From positions 5,052 through 69,051 of the forward strand of contig CAZSTE010000001.1 in the NCBI GenBank assembly GCA_964609735.1: 64,000 bases of DNA, in the 5' to 3' direction. The first letter of the stretch is position 1, and every line of letters begins with the position of its first letter. The notes beneath the pieces are model-generated. The model did not search any database. It saw only the letters and a list, made by a program, of their open reading frames with translations, and was not told the DNA's origin. This document shows positions 31,463 to 42,417 of this stretch, in pieces. Position numbers and translations under genes: made by a program. Origin of the DNA: an uncultured bacterium. Lineage in GTDB: Bacteria; Ratteibacteria; UBA8468; B48-G9; DTJG01.

Positions 31463-32146
31463 TTAAAATGATAATGAATCACAAATAGCAAGAGCCAGCG
31501 ACAGGTCTTGCCTTGTGGTAATTTTTATATTTTTCACATCGCCTGTTATTGCGTGAACAGGAAACCCCGCCTTCATACATAAGGATGCATCATCAGGAAA
31601 ATCAGCAAGATTTTCTTTGTTAAGTTCAAAAGCATCTTCCAGGATTTTCTTTTTAAAACCCTGTGGGGTCTGGGCAATCTGCAGATTCTTGTCAAAAATT
31701 GTTGAAAGAATTTTGTTGTTTTTCACTATTTTTACAGATCCATTAACAGGCGATACAGGCACACATGCTCCATATTCTTGTGTTGTTTTAACAATAGAAG
31801 AAATAAGATGTTCGCTTAAAAATGGTCTTGCTCCATCATGCACAAGAATGGTATCGCATTTTTTTGAGCAATGGCAAAGGCCATTTAACACAGAACGCTC
31901 CCTACAATTTCCGCCGGGGACAACAGCAGTAATCTTACTAAAAGATTGTTTCCACATAGAAACCCGACGGGTATTGATGAATCTTTTTTGTGTGACAACA
32001 ACCATTTCATCTATCAAAGAGCTCATTGAAATTGTTTGCAAACAATATTCAATAACAGGAATGCCTTTTATCAAAAATAATGTTTTCGGGATCCTGCTTT
32101 TGAATCGGGTTCCCTTGCCCGCAGCAACAATAATACACCCTGTCAT
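31463..32146 (-). CDS. ispD: IspD (repeat copy 2, identical to 71..754)
   Basis: Identical translation at offset +31392. Confidence 0.88.
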   Translation of the reverse strand: MTGCIIVAAGKGTRFKSRIPKTLFLIKGIPVIEYCLQTISMSSLIDEMVVVTQKRFINTRRVSMWKQSFSKITAVVPGGNCRERSVLNGLCHCSKKCDTILVHDGARPFLSEHLISSIVKTTQEYGACVPVSPVNGSVKIVKNNKILSTIFDKNLQIAQTPQGFKKKILEDAFELNKENLADFPDDASLCMKAGFPVHAITGDVKNIKITTRQDLSLALAICDSLSF

Positions 32147-33114
32147 TTTAGCCTGGCGAATATAATACGACCGCTAATGGTTTGTATGGTGCTATCTATT
32201 ATTGTTTCAACTGTTTTTCCAATATATTTTGCACCATCTTCAATAACAACCATTGTCCCGTCCTCAAGATATCCGACACCCTGGCCGTGTTCTTTACCTT
32301 CTTTGATCACCTTAATATTTAATGTTTCTCCGGCCATTAGTTTTGCTTTCATCAGTGTTGCCAGATTATGGAGATTCAATACCTTAATGTTCTTAACCTC
32401 GGCTACCTTGGTAAGATTAAAATCATTTGTTAGAATTTTTGCGCCAAGTGAAGAAGCAAGCTTTACCAGTTTTACATCAACCTCTTCAATGTCGGGATAG
32501 TCAATGTCATAAATCTTCACATCAAGACTATTATCGTTTCGCAATTTGTTCAATGTATCAAGGCCCCTTCTTCCTCGTTGCCGTTTCATTTCGCTTGAAG
32601 AATCTGCCAATTCCTGCAATTCCTTCGTAATGAAGGTTGGGATAATAATTGTTCCCTCAATAAAACCGCTTTTTGCAAGTTCATACACGCGGCCATCTAT
32701 TGCAACGCTGCTATCAATGACAATCGCCTTCATCGCGTCTGCTTTGAATTGGTGAAGATAGGGAAAAATAAATCCAAGCTCTCCAACCCCTCTTATGCCA
32801 ATCATGATACCAAGATAACTAAAAATAAAGTAAAGAACAAATCGTACACCGTTTTCCTCTCTGGCTGTTGCAAACGGAACAAGCAAAACAAAATTGGCAA
32901 CCAAAATTGCGGTAATCAAACCAATAATAAGTCCAATGACGCCCATGATGAATTTTCTAAAAGGAATTTTTTGTATCAATAATTCCAGGCCAACAATTAT
33001 AAGACTTCCAACAAGTCCAAGTATCACGCCTTCTATTCTGTTTTCAATCCAGAAAACAGAACCCGCGAAGGCGCTTATAAGAACAAAGGTTGCACGAATA
33101 AAATATAAACCCAT
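32143..33114 (-). CDS. yacL: YacL-like PIN/TRAM membrane protein (copy 2)
   Basis: Identical to 751..1722. Confidence 0.75.
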   Translation of the reverse strand: MGLYFIRATFVLISAFAGSVFWIENRIEGVILGLVGSLIIVGLELLIQKIPFRKFIMGVIGLIIGLITAILVANFVLLVPFATAREENGVRFVLYFIFSYLGIMIGIRGVGELGFIFPYLHQFKADAMKAIVIDSSVAIDGRVYELAKSGFIEGTIIIPTFITKELQELADSSSEMKRQRGRRGLDTLNKLRNDNSLDVKIYDIDYPDIEEVDVKLVKLASSLGAKILTNDFNLTKVAEVKNIKVLNLHNLATLMKAKLMAGETLNIKVIKEGKEHGQGVGYLEDGTMVVIEDGAKYIGKTVETIIDSTIQTISGRIIFARLK

Positions 33115-33440
33115 AAAAAACCTCCTTTTTCAAGACCTAACCTAAAACCATCATTTGTTTATTTTCTGGCAGAATACCTCTATAGAAAGAAAGGAAATGT
33201 GATATGGCGTGTAGCGAACCAGAAAAATATCCAACCATCAAGGGAAATTTATTTGGTGGTAATATGTGAATAAAAAAGACATGAGAACAATAAGGACAAC
33301 AATTTTATAATGATTATTTTTCTTGATTTTTGCCATCTGATTGTCAAAGAACATCATTGCCTGTTTTTCTCATAAAAATTGTGTGATATCTATAAATATG
33401 ATATCTATAAAATAATATTATTTATTATATCATAATCATA

Positions 33441-34787
33441 TCAGCTTTTAAAAGCCACACCCATAATATCTTCAAGCCGTTTAACCTCTGTTATTTTTAA
33501 ACCCGTAGAAGGTATCTCCTTACATCCTGGTGGAACAAATGCCTTTTTGAAACCAAATCGCGATGCCTCTTTTAACCGCGATGGCATGTGTTGAACCGGC
33601 CTTATTTCACCTGTAAGGGCTATTTCTCCGATAAAAATGCTTTCTGGCAATAAAGCAATATCCTTGTATGATGAAATTGAAGCAACCGCAATTGCCAGGT
33701 CTACAGCAGGTTCTGTAATTTTGAGACCGCCGGAAACATTAAAATAAACATCCCTGCTGGCAAGGTTCATTTTAAGTTTTTTTTCAAGCACAGCAAGGAC
33801 AAGATTGGCCCTGTTATAATCGAGACCTGTAAAATTGCGTCTTGGAACCGCAAGATAGCTTGTTGTAATGAGAGCCTGTATTTCAACAAGGATTGTCCGT
33901 TTTCCTTCCTGTGTGGGGAAAATAACAAGTCCAGGATACGATGTTGAGATGCTGCTGACAAAAATACGGCTTGAATCAGGCATTTCAACCAAACCTGTTT
34001 CATCCATTTTAAACACGCCTATTTCTTCTGTAGAACCAAACCTATTTTTCATTCCGCGAAGTATTCTTAGGTTTGATAATCTGTCACCTTCAAAATAAAG
34101 AACAACATCTACCAGGTGTTCAAGAATTTTTGGACCTGCGATATTTCCTTCTTTTGTAATATGGCCTATCAAGAAAACCGAATGGCTTCCTTTTTTCGCC
34201 CATTCTATAAAAAACTGAGCAGCCCGTCTTACCTGAAAGATAGAACCGAAAGGATAGTCAAATTCTGAATCATAAATCATCTGAACAGAATCCACAATAA
34301 CAGTATCGGGCATGATTGATTGAAGAGCCTGGTCTATTGTTTCTATTTCATTTTCAGACAGAATAAAAAGAGATTCCGCATTTGTTATCCCAAGCCTTTC
34401 TGCCCGCATTTTAACCTGCTGAGGCGATTCTTCAGCAGAGACATACAGAACCTTTTTACCCTGTTTTGAAAGGCCGGCAGCAACAAGAAGAATCAGTGTG
34501 GATTTCCCTATGCCGGGTTCTCCAGCAAGAAGCACAACCGCGCCATCAACAATTCCGCCTCCGAGTGTTCTATCCAGTTCTCCGATTGTTGTTGATATCC
34601 GCATGTGATCCAAAATTTTTATATCATTAAGAAGGTGTGGTTTTTGTTTCTCATAGGTGGATAAAGGCTGTTTTGAGGATTCTTCATAGAAAGAATTCCA
34701 TGCCCCGCAAGAAGGGCATTTACCAAGCCATCTAACAGAAATATGTCCGCATTCTTGGCATGCGAATATTGTTTTTTCCTTGCTCAT
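33441..34787 (-). CDS. radA: RadA/Sms (copy 2)
   Basis: Identical to 2049..3395. Confidence 0.95.
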   Translation of the reverse strand: MSKEKTIFACQECGHISVRWLGKCPSCGAWNSFYEESSKQPLSTYEKQKPHLLNDIKILDHMRISTTIGELDRTLGGGIVDGAVVLLAGEPGIGKSTLILLVAAGLSKQGKKVLYVSAEESPQQVKMRAERLGITNAESLFILSENEIETIDQALQSIMPDTVIVDSVQMIYDSEFDYPFGSIFQVRRAAQFFIEWAKKGSHSVFLIGHITKEGNIAGPKILEHLVDVVLYFEGDRLSNLRILRGMKNRFGSTEEIGVFKMDETGLVEMPDSSRIFVSSISTSYPGLVIFPTQEGKRTILVEIQALITTSYLAVPRRNFTGLDYNRANLVLAVLEKKLKMNLASRDVYFNVSGGLKITEPAVDLAIAVASISSYKDIALLPESIFIGEIALTGEIRPVQHMPSRLKEASRFGFKKAFVPPGCKEIPSTGLKITEVKRLEDIMGVAFKS

Positions 34788-35866
34788 TGCCCCCTTTCTC
34801 TAAACAGAATCTTCCATGGATGGGCTTTGAGGTCCTGAACCATTTCAAAAATCTGATTGTAAAGGTCGTCCTTTGCAATCAGTTTTCCCACTGTTCCTTT
34901 GCCAGAACGAATATCAGATAAAATATCACCAAGTTGGTCACTGGCATACGCGAGTTTTATAAAAGAAACATTAAGATTTGTTGATACATCCTTTAAGCCA
35001 GCGATTGTTTCCCTGATATCTCTTGCGATTTCAGTGTCTGTGATAATGTCTGCAAAAAGACCCTGGTTTTCCAGCTTATCAATGAAGCGGTTTATCCTAT
35101 GATTGGTTTGTGTAAATGTTTGAGTTGCAACAGCGAACTGTTCTGCTGCTTGTGAAAGGGTGTTATCCAGTTCAATAAGCGTGTGGTCAAGATGGGTAAC
35201 ACTGCTGTTTATCTTATCGCGATTTTCACTGATAAGCGAATTTATTTCCGATGCGGTTGTGTTCCAGTTTAAAGCGAGGCTGTTAAAACTGTTAATAGTG
35301 GTTGATGTTTGGGAGATTAAATTTTTTGTTTCAGAGGCAATCTGTGTAATCTGGGATTTTAATCTTTCATCCTTGGTAATTTCATTCAAAGAGGCAAGAA
35401 TGTTGTTTAGGTTTTTAAGGATATCCTCTCCTGTACTAAGGAATCTTTCCATTGGAAGAGGATCCTCGCCTTGAACGATTTCGCCTGGTTGAATAATGGG
35501 CTGATCATTGAGGTCTGTTGGCAGTATCTCAAGATATTTTTCGCCAATAATCCCATAATTCCGCACAAGAAACCTGCTGTGTTTACCAAGACGGATCTTA
35601 GGGTTTAATCGAGCAGTGACAATAATCTGTACCTGATTCTTATTCATAACCAAATCAATATTTTTTACCTCGCCAACACGATATCCGCTTACCCGCACCG
35701 GCGCTCCCGGATCAAGTCCGGCGATATAGGTGTAAACAATCTTTAAATCATATCCTCTTCCCTGTAATAACTTACCCTGTGAAAAAATGAATATAAAAAA
35801 TACAATCAAACCCAGGAATATAAAAAGTCCAACCTTAAATTGAATATCAGATGCCCTCTTTTTCAT
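34784..35866 (-). CDS. mlaD: MlaD/MCE protein (copy 2)
   Basis: Identical to 3392..4474. Confidence 0.8.
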   Translation of the reverse strand: MKKRASDIQFKVGLFIFLGLIVFFIFIFSQGKLLQGRGYDLKIVYTYIAGLDPGAPVRVSGYRVGEVKNIDLVMNKNQVQIIVTARLNPKIRLGKHSRFLVRNYGIIGEKYLEILPTDLNDQPIIQPGEIVQGEDPLPMERFLSTGEDILKNLNNILASLNEITKDERLKSQITQIASETKNLISQTSTTINSFNSLALNWNTTASEINSLISENRDKINSSVTHLDHTLIELDNTLSQAAEQFAVATQTFTQTNHRINRFIDKLENQGLFADIITDTEIARDIRETIAGLKDVSTNLNVSFIKLAYASDQLGDILSDIRSGKGTVGKLIAKDDLYNQIFEMVQDLKAHPWKILFRERGQ

Positions 35867-36596
35867 ATAGGTCTCCAATGTTTAAAAAGTATCTTACAAA
35901 CTCATTTCCCGAATTGATAATCTGATCCCATTTTCCTGTTGCGACAATTGTTCCTTCATCAATAACCGCTATATGGTCTGCAAGATTTCTTGCAATTGCA
36001 AGGTCATGTGTTACTATCACATCTGTCGTGCAGAAATCAGAATGAATTTTTTTCATAAGTTTTATAATGCTGGCTGATGTAATCACGTCAAGCCCCGCTG
36101 TGGGTTCATCATAAAAAAGAATCTGTGGTTTGCTGGCAAGCGCGCGCGCAATGCCAACCCTTTTTTTCATTCCGCCGCTTAATTCCTCTGGCATTTTTTC
36201 GCTAATATCGTCAAGCCCCACTGCTTCAAGGAAGGTTTCTGCTGTTTTGCGTATTTCATTTTCAGGTATATCAGAATGTTCAAGAAGAAAGAAACCGACA
36301 TTTTCCCAAACGCTCATTGAATCAAAGAGTGCCGAGGATTGAAATACCATGCCGCTTTTCTTGCGGATATTAAAAAGATGTTTATCATCTAATTCGGACA
36401 TATCCTGTCCAAGGATTTCTACCCTGCCTTTATTCGGTGTGATAAGGCCCAGAAGTGTTTTCAAAAGAACCGTTTTACCAGAACCTGATTGTCCCAGGAT
36501 AACCATTGTTTCGCCATCTGACACCTCAAGATCAAGGTCGTGTAATATTTCCTGATTTTTTAATACCACAGAAAGTTTTTTGATGTTTATAATCAT
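35847..36596 (-). CDS. mlaF: MlaF-like ABC ATPase (copy 2)
   Basis: Identical to 4455..5204. Confidence 0.85.
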   Translation of the reverse strand: MIINIKKLSVVLKNQEILHDLDLEVSDGETMVILGQSGSGKTVLLKTLLGLITPNKGRVEILGQDMSELDDKHLFNIRKKSGMVFQSSALFDSMSVWENVGFFLLEHSDIPENEIRKTAETFLEAVGLDDISEKMPEELSGGMKKRVGIARALASKPQILFYDEPTAGLDVITSASIIKLMKKIHSDFCTTDVIVTHDLAIARNLADHIAVIDEGTIVATGKWDQIINSGNEFVRYFLNIGDLYEKEGI

Positions 36597-36597
36597 A

Positions 36598-37380
36598 TTA
36601 TAAGAAATAAAAAATTGCTGTTAAAACAAAGTTTGCAAGAATAACAAGGAAAAATGCATTAACAACCGCGGATGTGGTGGCATTTCCAACCCCTTCTGCT
36701 CCGCCTGATGTTTTTAAACCTTCAATACATGAAGCGCCAATAATTAAAATGCCAAATATAAATGATTTTGTTATCCCGACAAAGATATCCTTAAGTTTGA
36801 TAAATTGAAAACTCTGGTATAGATATACCCCGGGTGCTATATGAACCAGATATACCCCAATAATATAACCGCCAATGATACTGAGTAAATTTGCCATTAA
36901 TGTAAGAATGGGGACCATAATCATCGCTGATATTAATCGCGGGGTTACAAGATATGAAATGGGATTAACACCTAAAACCTCAAGAGCATCTATTTGTTCT
37001 GTGATTTTCATACTTCCTATCTCTGCCGCAACAGATGCGCCAACCCTTCCTGCAACAATCAGCGCAACAATTACAGGCCCTAACTCCCTTATCATAGAAA
37101 CACTGACAATTCCACCCACAAAACTCTCGCCGCCAAATTTTTTCAATGTTACCGCGGTTTCCATAACCATTACCATTCCTGTAAATGTTGATATCGTTCC
37201 GACCAGTGGAAATGAGTCAAGGCCGATCTTTGCCATATTTTCAATAATAAGTTTTTTCCTTCGCGCTGTCTGTGAAAATATTTTTTTTGCTGCGTCCGAA
37301 ATGAGAATGAAAACCTCTCCAAGGTAGGTGATAATTGCAATAACAAGCGCTCCAAGGGATTTAATAAATCCTGTCATCAT
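36598..37380 (-). CDS. mlaE: MlaE-like permease (copy 2)
   Basis: Identical to 5206..5988. Confidence 0.82.
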   Translation of the reverse strand: MMTGFIKSLGALVIAIITYLGEVFILISDAAKKIFSQTARRKKLIIENMAKIGLDSFPLVGTISTFTGMVMVMETAVTLKKFGGESFVGGIVSVSMIRELGPVIVALIVAGRVGASVAAEIGSMKITEQIDALEVLGVNPISYLVTPRLISAMIMVPILTLMANLLSIIGGYIIGVYLVHIAPGVYLYQSFQFIKLKDIFVGITKSFIFGILIIGASCIEGLKTSGGAEGVGNATTSAVVNAFFLVILANFVLTAIFYFL

Positions 37381-38720
37381 GGTTGTTTTCTGTAACCTTC
37401 AAATCTAAGGCATTCCTTACGAAATGTTAATTTTATCTGATCGGTGGGCCCATTTCTCTGCTTGGCGATAATAATGTCCGCGATTCCTTTTGTTTCTTCA
37501 GAATCATCGTACCGTTCATCCCTATGTAAGAATATTACAACATCTGCATCCTGTTCAATAGAACCGCTTTCTCTGAGGTCTGCAAGAATGGGTTTTTTAT
37601 CTTCTCTTCGTTCAATGAGTCTGTTCATCTGGGATAATGCGATAACAGGAATTGATAATTCTTTTGCCATTGCCTTTAATGAGGAAGAAATATCAGTAAT
37701 TTCCTGCTGCCGGTTTTCATACCTGCCCTTGCCTCGCATTAATTGAAGATAATCCACTATGACCATCTGGATATTTTCGCGAGATTTTAATCTTCGCGAT
37801 CGTGCCCTGAGTTCAAAGATAGAAAGTGCGGGGGTATCATCAATAAATATGGGTGTTTTTTCAAGGATGCCGGCGGCCTGAATCAATTTACCCATATCCC
37901 TGTCGGAAAGTATACCTTTCCGCATCAGGGAGGAATCAATCTTTGCTTCGCAGCATAACATCCTTTGAACAAGCTGTTCTCGCGACATTTCAAGGCTGAA
38001 TATCACAACAGGAATATTCTGTGTGATGGCAAGATTCAAGGCGATATTACAGGCGAAAGCCGTTTTCCCCATGGAAGGCCTGGCGGCTATTACTATAAGG
38101 TCTGATCTTTGAAAGCCCGATGTTATATTATCAAGGTCCACATAACCGCTTGCCAATCCGGTTACATGGCCCTGTTTTGCATGGATTTTTTCAAAAAGGT
38201 CGAGATTTTCTTTTACCAGCAAAGACAATGGGTAGGCCTCTCGCGAAACCATATGTTCTGAAATATCAAATATCATTGCCTCTGCCTGGTCAAGAAGTCC
38301 ATCAACATCCTGGACTCCAGAATGGGCTTCTGCAACAATCTGGGTGGAAACATTGATAAGTTTTCTTAGCACAAAATTATCTCTTACAATCTTTGCGTAA
38401 TCTTCAAGATGGGCAGATGTTGGAACAAAATCAAACAGGGATGTTAGATATTCTATGCCGCCGGCTTGTTCAATTTTACTTTTTTTTTTAAGGTTATCTA
38501 CAAGGGTAACCAGGTCGCATTTTGCGTTTGTTTCAAAAAATTCCTGCATAACACTGAATATCAATTGATGACGGTTATCGTAAAAAAACTCTTTTTTTAC
38601 AATTTCCAAACCCCGTATCAGGGCATCCTCATCAAGCAACATTGATGCGATGAGTGCTTTTTCTGCTTCAATATTTTGAGGGGGTATCTGCTCTGCAATG
38701 GATAGGTTTTTCTTTGTCAT
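37377..38720 (-). CDS. dnaB: DnaB helicase (copy 2)
   Basis: Identical to 5985..7328. Confidence 0.95.
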   Translation of the reverse strand: MTKKNLSIAEQIPPQNIEAEKALIASMLLDEDALIRGLEIVKKEFFYDNRHQLIFSVMQEFFETNAKCDLVTLVDNLKKKSKIEQAGGIEYLTSLFDFVPTSAHLEDYAKIVRDNFVLRKLINVSTQIVAEAHSGVQDVDGLLDQAEAMIFDISEHMVSREAYPLSLLVKENLDLFEKIHAKQGHVTGLASGYVDLDNITSGFQRSDLIVIAARPSMGKTAFACNIALNLAITQNIPVVIFSLEMSREQLVQRMLCCEAKIDSSLMRKGILSDRDMGKLIQAAGILEKTPIFIDDTPALSIFELRARSRRLKSRENIQMVIVDYLQLMRGKGRYENRQQEITDISSSLKAMAKELSIPVIALSQMNRLIERREDKKPILADLRESGSIEQDADVVIFLHRDERYDDSEETKGIADIIIAKQRNGPTDQIKLTFRKECLRFEGYRKQP

Positions 38721-38780
38721 CTATGCCTCGCTATATTTTTCTTCTCATGCAGAATTAAAAACAATTTCGTTTTTACCGGT

Positions 38781-39245
38781 TCAGGTAGCAGCATCCTGTT
38801 TTTGTACAATCCATACCTTTAATTCTGCGTTTATTTCGCCCATAAGATGGATGGGAACCTTGTAAATGCCGAGTTTTTTGATGGGTTCTTCCAGGGATAT
38901 CTGATGTTTATCTATTTGAATATCATGTTGAGATTTTAAAGCATCGGCAATATCTTCTGTAGTAACAGAACCAAAAAGTTTTTCTTCTTCGCCAGCCTTT
39001 GCCTCAATGGTAACTGACAGTTTATTTAATCTGGTTTGGAGCGCTTCTGCTTCTTTCAAAAGTTTTTCTCTTTTTAAGTCCAATGATTTTTTAATCTGCT
39101 CAATCCTTTTTATGTTTTTTTTATCCGCTTCTATGGCGAGTCCTCTTGGGAAAAGATAATTTCTTGCGTATCCATCGCGGACATCGCATATTTCACCTTC
39201 CTGTCCAAGACCTTTTACCTGTTTTGTAAGAATAATTTTCATCAA
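38781..39245 (-). CDS. rplI: Ribosomal protein L9 (copy 2)
   Basis: Identical to 7389..7853. Confidence 0.92.
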   Translation of the reverse strand: MMKIILTKQVKGLGQEGEICDVRDGYARNYLFPRGLAIEADKKNIKRIEQIKKSLDLKREKLLKEAEALQTRLNKLSVTIEAKAGEEEKLFGSVTTEDIADALKSQHDIQIDKHQISLEEPIKKLGIYKVPIHLMGEINAELKVWIVQKQDAAT

Positions 39246-39254
39246 ATATCTCCG

Positions 39255-39512
39255 TTATGTCTGAATATATGGAAGAAGGGCCATATATCTTGCATGTTTA
39301 ATAGCTTTTGTAAGCGCCCGTTGATGTCGCGCACAAACACCTGTAAGTTTAGAGGAAAGTATTTTACCCCTTCCGCTCATATAGCGTCTAATTTTTCCAA
39401 TATCCTTATAATCAATTTCGTGAACTTTTTCTTCACAAAATTTACATCCCTTCGCCCGTTTCTTCTTTCTCGGTTTCTGTTGTTTCCGTGTATCCCTCAT
39501 TCTTTGTTCCAT
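39255..39512 (-). CDS. rpsR: Ribosomal protein S18 (copy 2)
   Basis: Identical to 7863..8120. Confidence 0.9.
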   Translation of the reverse strand: MEQRMRDTRKQQKPRKKKRAKGCKFCEEKVHEIDYKDIGKIRRYMSGRGKILSSKLTGVCARHQRALTKAIKHARYMALLPYIQT

Positions 39513-39876
39513 TGTCCATTTCTCCTTGTATGTTAGGAAGTGACCTATCCAAAAACTGAAAATTTTCAACCAGAACTTCCAGTGTTGACCTTTTTTCGTT
39601 ATCGGATGTTTCCCACTGCCGATAATTTAAACGACCTTCAACAAAAATTGTAGAACCCTTTTTAAGATATTCTGCACAAATTTCGGCTCTTTTTCCCCAA
39701 ACAACCAGATTAACAAAACAGGATTCTTTTTGTTTGTTGCCATCTTTTGCAGTATATTCCCTGTTGATGGCAATGCCAAAACTAGCAACCGCAGTGCCTG
39801 AGGGGGTATATCTGAGTTCGGGATCCCTCGTTAATCGTCCTATCAGAAAAACCTTGTTAAGATTCGGACCGGCCAT
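39442..39876 (-). CDS. ssb: SSB (copy 2)
   Basis: Identical to 8050..8484. Confidence 0.85.
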   Translation of the reverse strand: MAGPNLNKVFLIGRLTRDPELRYTPSGTAVASFGIAINREYTAKDGNKQKESCFVNLVVWGKRAEICAEYLKKGSTIFVEGRLNYRQWETSDNEKRSTLEVLVENFQFLDRSLPNIQGEMDNGTKNEGYTETTETEKEETGEGM

Positions 39877-40183
39877 TTTTTGTAAATTCCGGAAATTCTT
39901 TTTTCATTAAAATAAGGCTTCTTAATATTTTTTCCCTATGTTTTAATGCTGAATCTATTTTTGTAATTACATCAGGTGCTGCTTCAAAATAAAAAAGATA
40001 ATAATATCCCTCGTTTTTCTTTTTTATGGGATAGGTAAGCATACGTTTACCCCATAATTCATGATGTATGATATTTGCGCCAGAATCAGTTAAAATCTGT
40101 GAAATATTATTCACTTCCTCTTCAAGGCTGTTTGGGTCCAGGTCAGGTGCCATAAGAATACAGGCTTCATATTTTCTTATCAT
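39857..40183 (-). CDS. rpsF: Ribosomal protein S6 (copy 2)
   Basis: Identical to 8465..8791. Confidence 0.85.
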   Translation of the reverse strand: MIRKYEACILMAPDLDPNSLEEEVNNISQILTDSGANIIHHELWGKRMLTYPIKKKNEGYYYLFYFEAAPDVITKIDSALKHREKILRSLILMKKEFPEFTKNGRSES

Positions 40184-40460
40184 CAACTCCTCCACGGTTC
40201 AAAATCTTCCAATATTTATATTGTATTTGGATTATACCTGTCTTCAAAAGGATTGTCAAAAATTCTTATCTTGTTTTTTGAAAAGAATAATGATACCCTA
40301 TAATCAAATGGCTGATAACAATGATGAAATTTAAAGGTTTATGTAATCTTTATGAAGAAAAAAAGAAACAATATTGTATGAAGATAGTTAAGCATATTTC
40401 AGCTGTTTATCCAGGCAGAGAAACATAATGTAGATTCCCATCAAAAAAGATGAGGTTTTT

Positions 40461-41000
40461 ATGAAGAAAAAGATTGTCATCGGCGTATGCGGATCAATCG
40501 CTGCGTATAAGGTTGCTTTGTTAATAAGACAGCTACAGGATAAAAATTGGGATATCAAGGTGATTATGACAGAATCAGCCACAAGATTTATTACGCCTTT
40601 GACATTAGAAACTCTTTCAAAAAATCAGGTTTATATTGATATGTTCAAAAAAGATTCTGCTTGGGAAATATCGCATATTTCCTTGAATGAATTTGGGCAG
40701 ATTTTGCTTGTTATGCCAGCGACAGCCAATATTATTGGAAAGATTGCGTCGGGAATTGCGGATGACCTGCTTTCTTCAACCGTTATGGCTTTTTCTGGCA
40801 GGGTTATTTTTGTGCCCGCGATGAATACGAAAATGTGGGAAAATCCCATTGTTCAGGAGAATGTTGAAAAATTGAAAAAATTTGGATATGGGTTTATTGG
40901 CCCTGAAAAGGGGAAGCTTTCAAATGGAACGATAGGCGCTGGACGGCTATCTGATATAGAAAAAATTATTAAGGTACTGGAAAAGATATCCCGCCATTAA
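40461..41000 (+). CDS. Standalone CoaC-like HFCD flavoprotein (copy 2)
   Basis: Identical to 9069..9608. Confidence 0.75.
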   Translation: MKKKIVIGVCGSIAAYKVALLIRQLQDKNWDIKVIMTESATRFITPLTLETLSKNQVYIDMFKKDSAWEISHISLNEFGQILLVMPATANIIGKIASGIADDLLSSTVMAFSGRVIFVPAMNTKMWENPIVQENVEKLKKFGYGFIGPEKGKLSNGTIGAGRLSDIEKIIKVLEKISRH

Positions 41001-41041
41001 TACGACGTAAAAATTACTTACTCAACCACCAGGAGGTTAAA

Positions 41042-42406
41042 ATGGGCAGAGCATATTTGCTTGAACCGAACCAGGTAAAACCTGTTGAAACAAAATACAG
41101 AAAAATCACAACAAAGATTCCTGTTCCGGAATCATTGCCTGTGCTTGAAAAACTGAGACAATGGGAACCGCGTTCAATGAGCGGCCAGCCACTGGTTGTT
41201 TGGCATAAGGCAAAAGGAATAAACGTTTTTGATGCATATGGAAATATATGGCTTGATTTTTCTTCCGGGGTTCTTGTGGCAAACGCAGGACATGGAAATC
41301 CAAGAATATGCAGGGCAATAAAAGAAATGGCATCAAGGCCATTGCTGCATAATTACTGTTTTCCAAGCGAAATAAGGGCCAATCTTGTTGAAAAAATAGG
41401 CCAAATTTCTCCAGAACCGCTTAAAAAGGTATTTCTTCTCACCACAGGATCAGAAGCCGTTGAATGCGCAATAAAACTGTGCCGAACAGCGGGAAAACTC
41501 ATAAACCCTGCGAAAAAAATCATTATTTCTTTTGAAAACGCATTTCATGGACGAACACTCGGCGCTCAGATGATAGGCGGAACCCCGGCACTTAAGGAGT
41601 GGATAGGAAACATTGATCCTGACATGATCCAGGTTCCTTTCCCTGGCGACCCGAGGTTACAGGATAAAGGTTTTGATGTGTTTATTAATACCCTAAAAGA
41701 AAAAGGTGTAAATTTTGATAATATCTGCGGTGTGATATCTGAAACATTTCAGGGTGGTAATGCCGCATTTATGCCTGTTGAATATGCAAAAAAATTAAGG
41801 CAGTTTTGTAATGAACACAAGGCACTTCTGGTTTTTGACGAGATACAGGCGGGTTTTGGAAGAACAGGAAAACTGTGGGGATTCCAGAATTATGAAATAT
41901 TGCCGGATATCTTTACACTTGGAAAGGGTATTTCAAGCGGATTGCCGCTTTCAGCGGTTGTTGGAAGAACAGATATTATGGATTTATATGAAGCCGGAAC
42001 CATGACAAGCACCCATACAGGCAATCCCATTTGTTCTGTTGCTGCTTTGAATAGTATCAATTTTATTACAGAGAAAAACTTAATGGCCAATGCGGAAAAA
42101 ATGGGAAGGGTTTTTGAAAAGGAACTTGGCAGAATAAAGGATAAATTCCCGGTGGTTGGATTTCTTTGCGGGAAAGGGCTTGTTTGGGCTCTTAGCATTG
42201 TTAGGCCTGGCACTATAGAGCCGGATGGAGACCTTGCATTTGATATAGTAAGACGATGTGTAGAAAAGGGGTTGTTGTTATTTGCTCCTGTTGGTTTTGG
42301 CGGGGCTTCAGTGAAGATTGCGCCACCTCTTATCATTAAAAAGGATGCCATTATTGAAGGTTGTTCTGTGATTGAAGAAGCAATCAGCGAGGCGTGTTCA
42401 TCCTAA
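41042..42406 (+). CDS. Class-III aminotransferase (copy 2)
   Basis: Identical to 9650..11014. Confidence 0.85.
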   Translation: MGRAYLLEPNQVKPVETKYRKITTKIPVPESLPVLEKLRQWEPRSMSGQPLVVWHKAKGINVFDAYGNIWLDFSSGVLVANAGHGNPRICRAIKEMASRPLLHNYCFPSEIRANLVEKIGQISPEPLKKVFLLTTGSEAVECAIKLCRTAGKLINPAKKIIISFENAFHGRTLGAQMIGGTPALKEWIGNIDPDMIQVPFPGDPRLQDKGFDVFINTLKEKGVNFDNICGVISETFQGGNAAFMPVEYAKKLRQFCNEHKALLVFDEIQAGFGRTGKLWGFQNYEILPDIFTLGKGISSGLPLSAVVGRTDIMDLYEAGTMTSTHTGNPICSVAALNSINFITEKNLMANAEKMGRVFEKELGRIKDKFPVVGFLCGKGLVWALSIVRPGTIEPDGDLAFDIVRRCVEKGLLLFAPVGFGGASVKIAPPLIIKKDAIIEGCSVIEEAISEACSS

Positions 42407-42417
42407 CAGGGAAAATA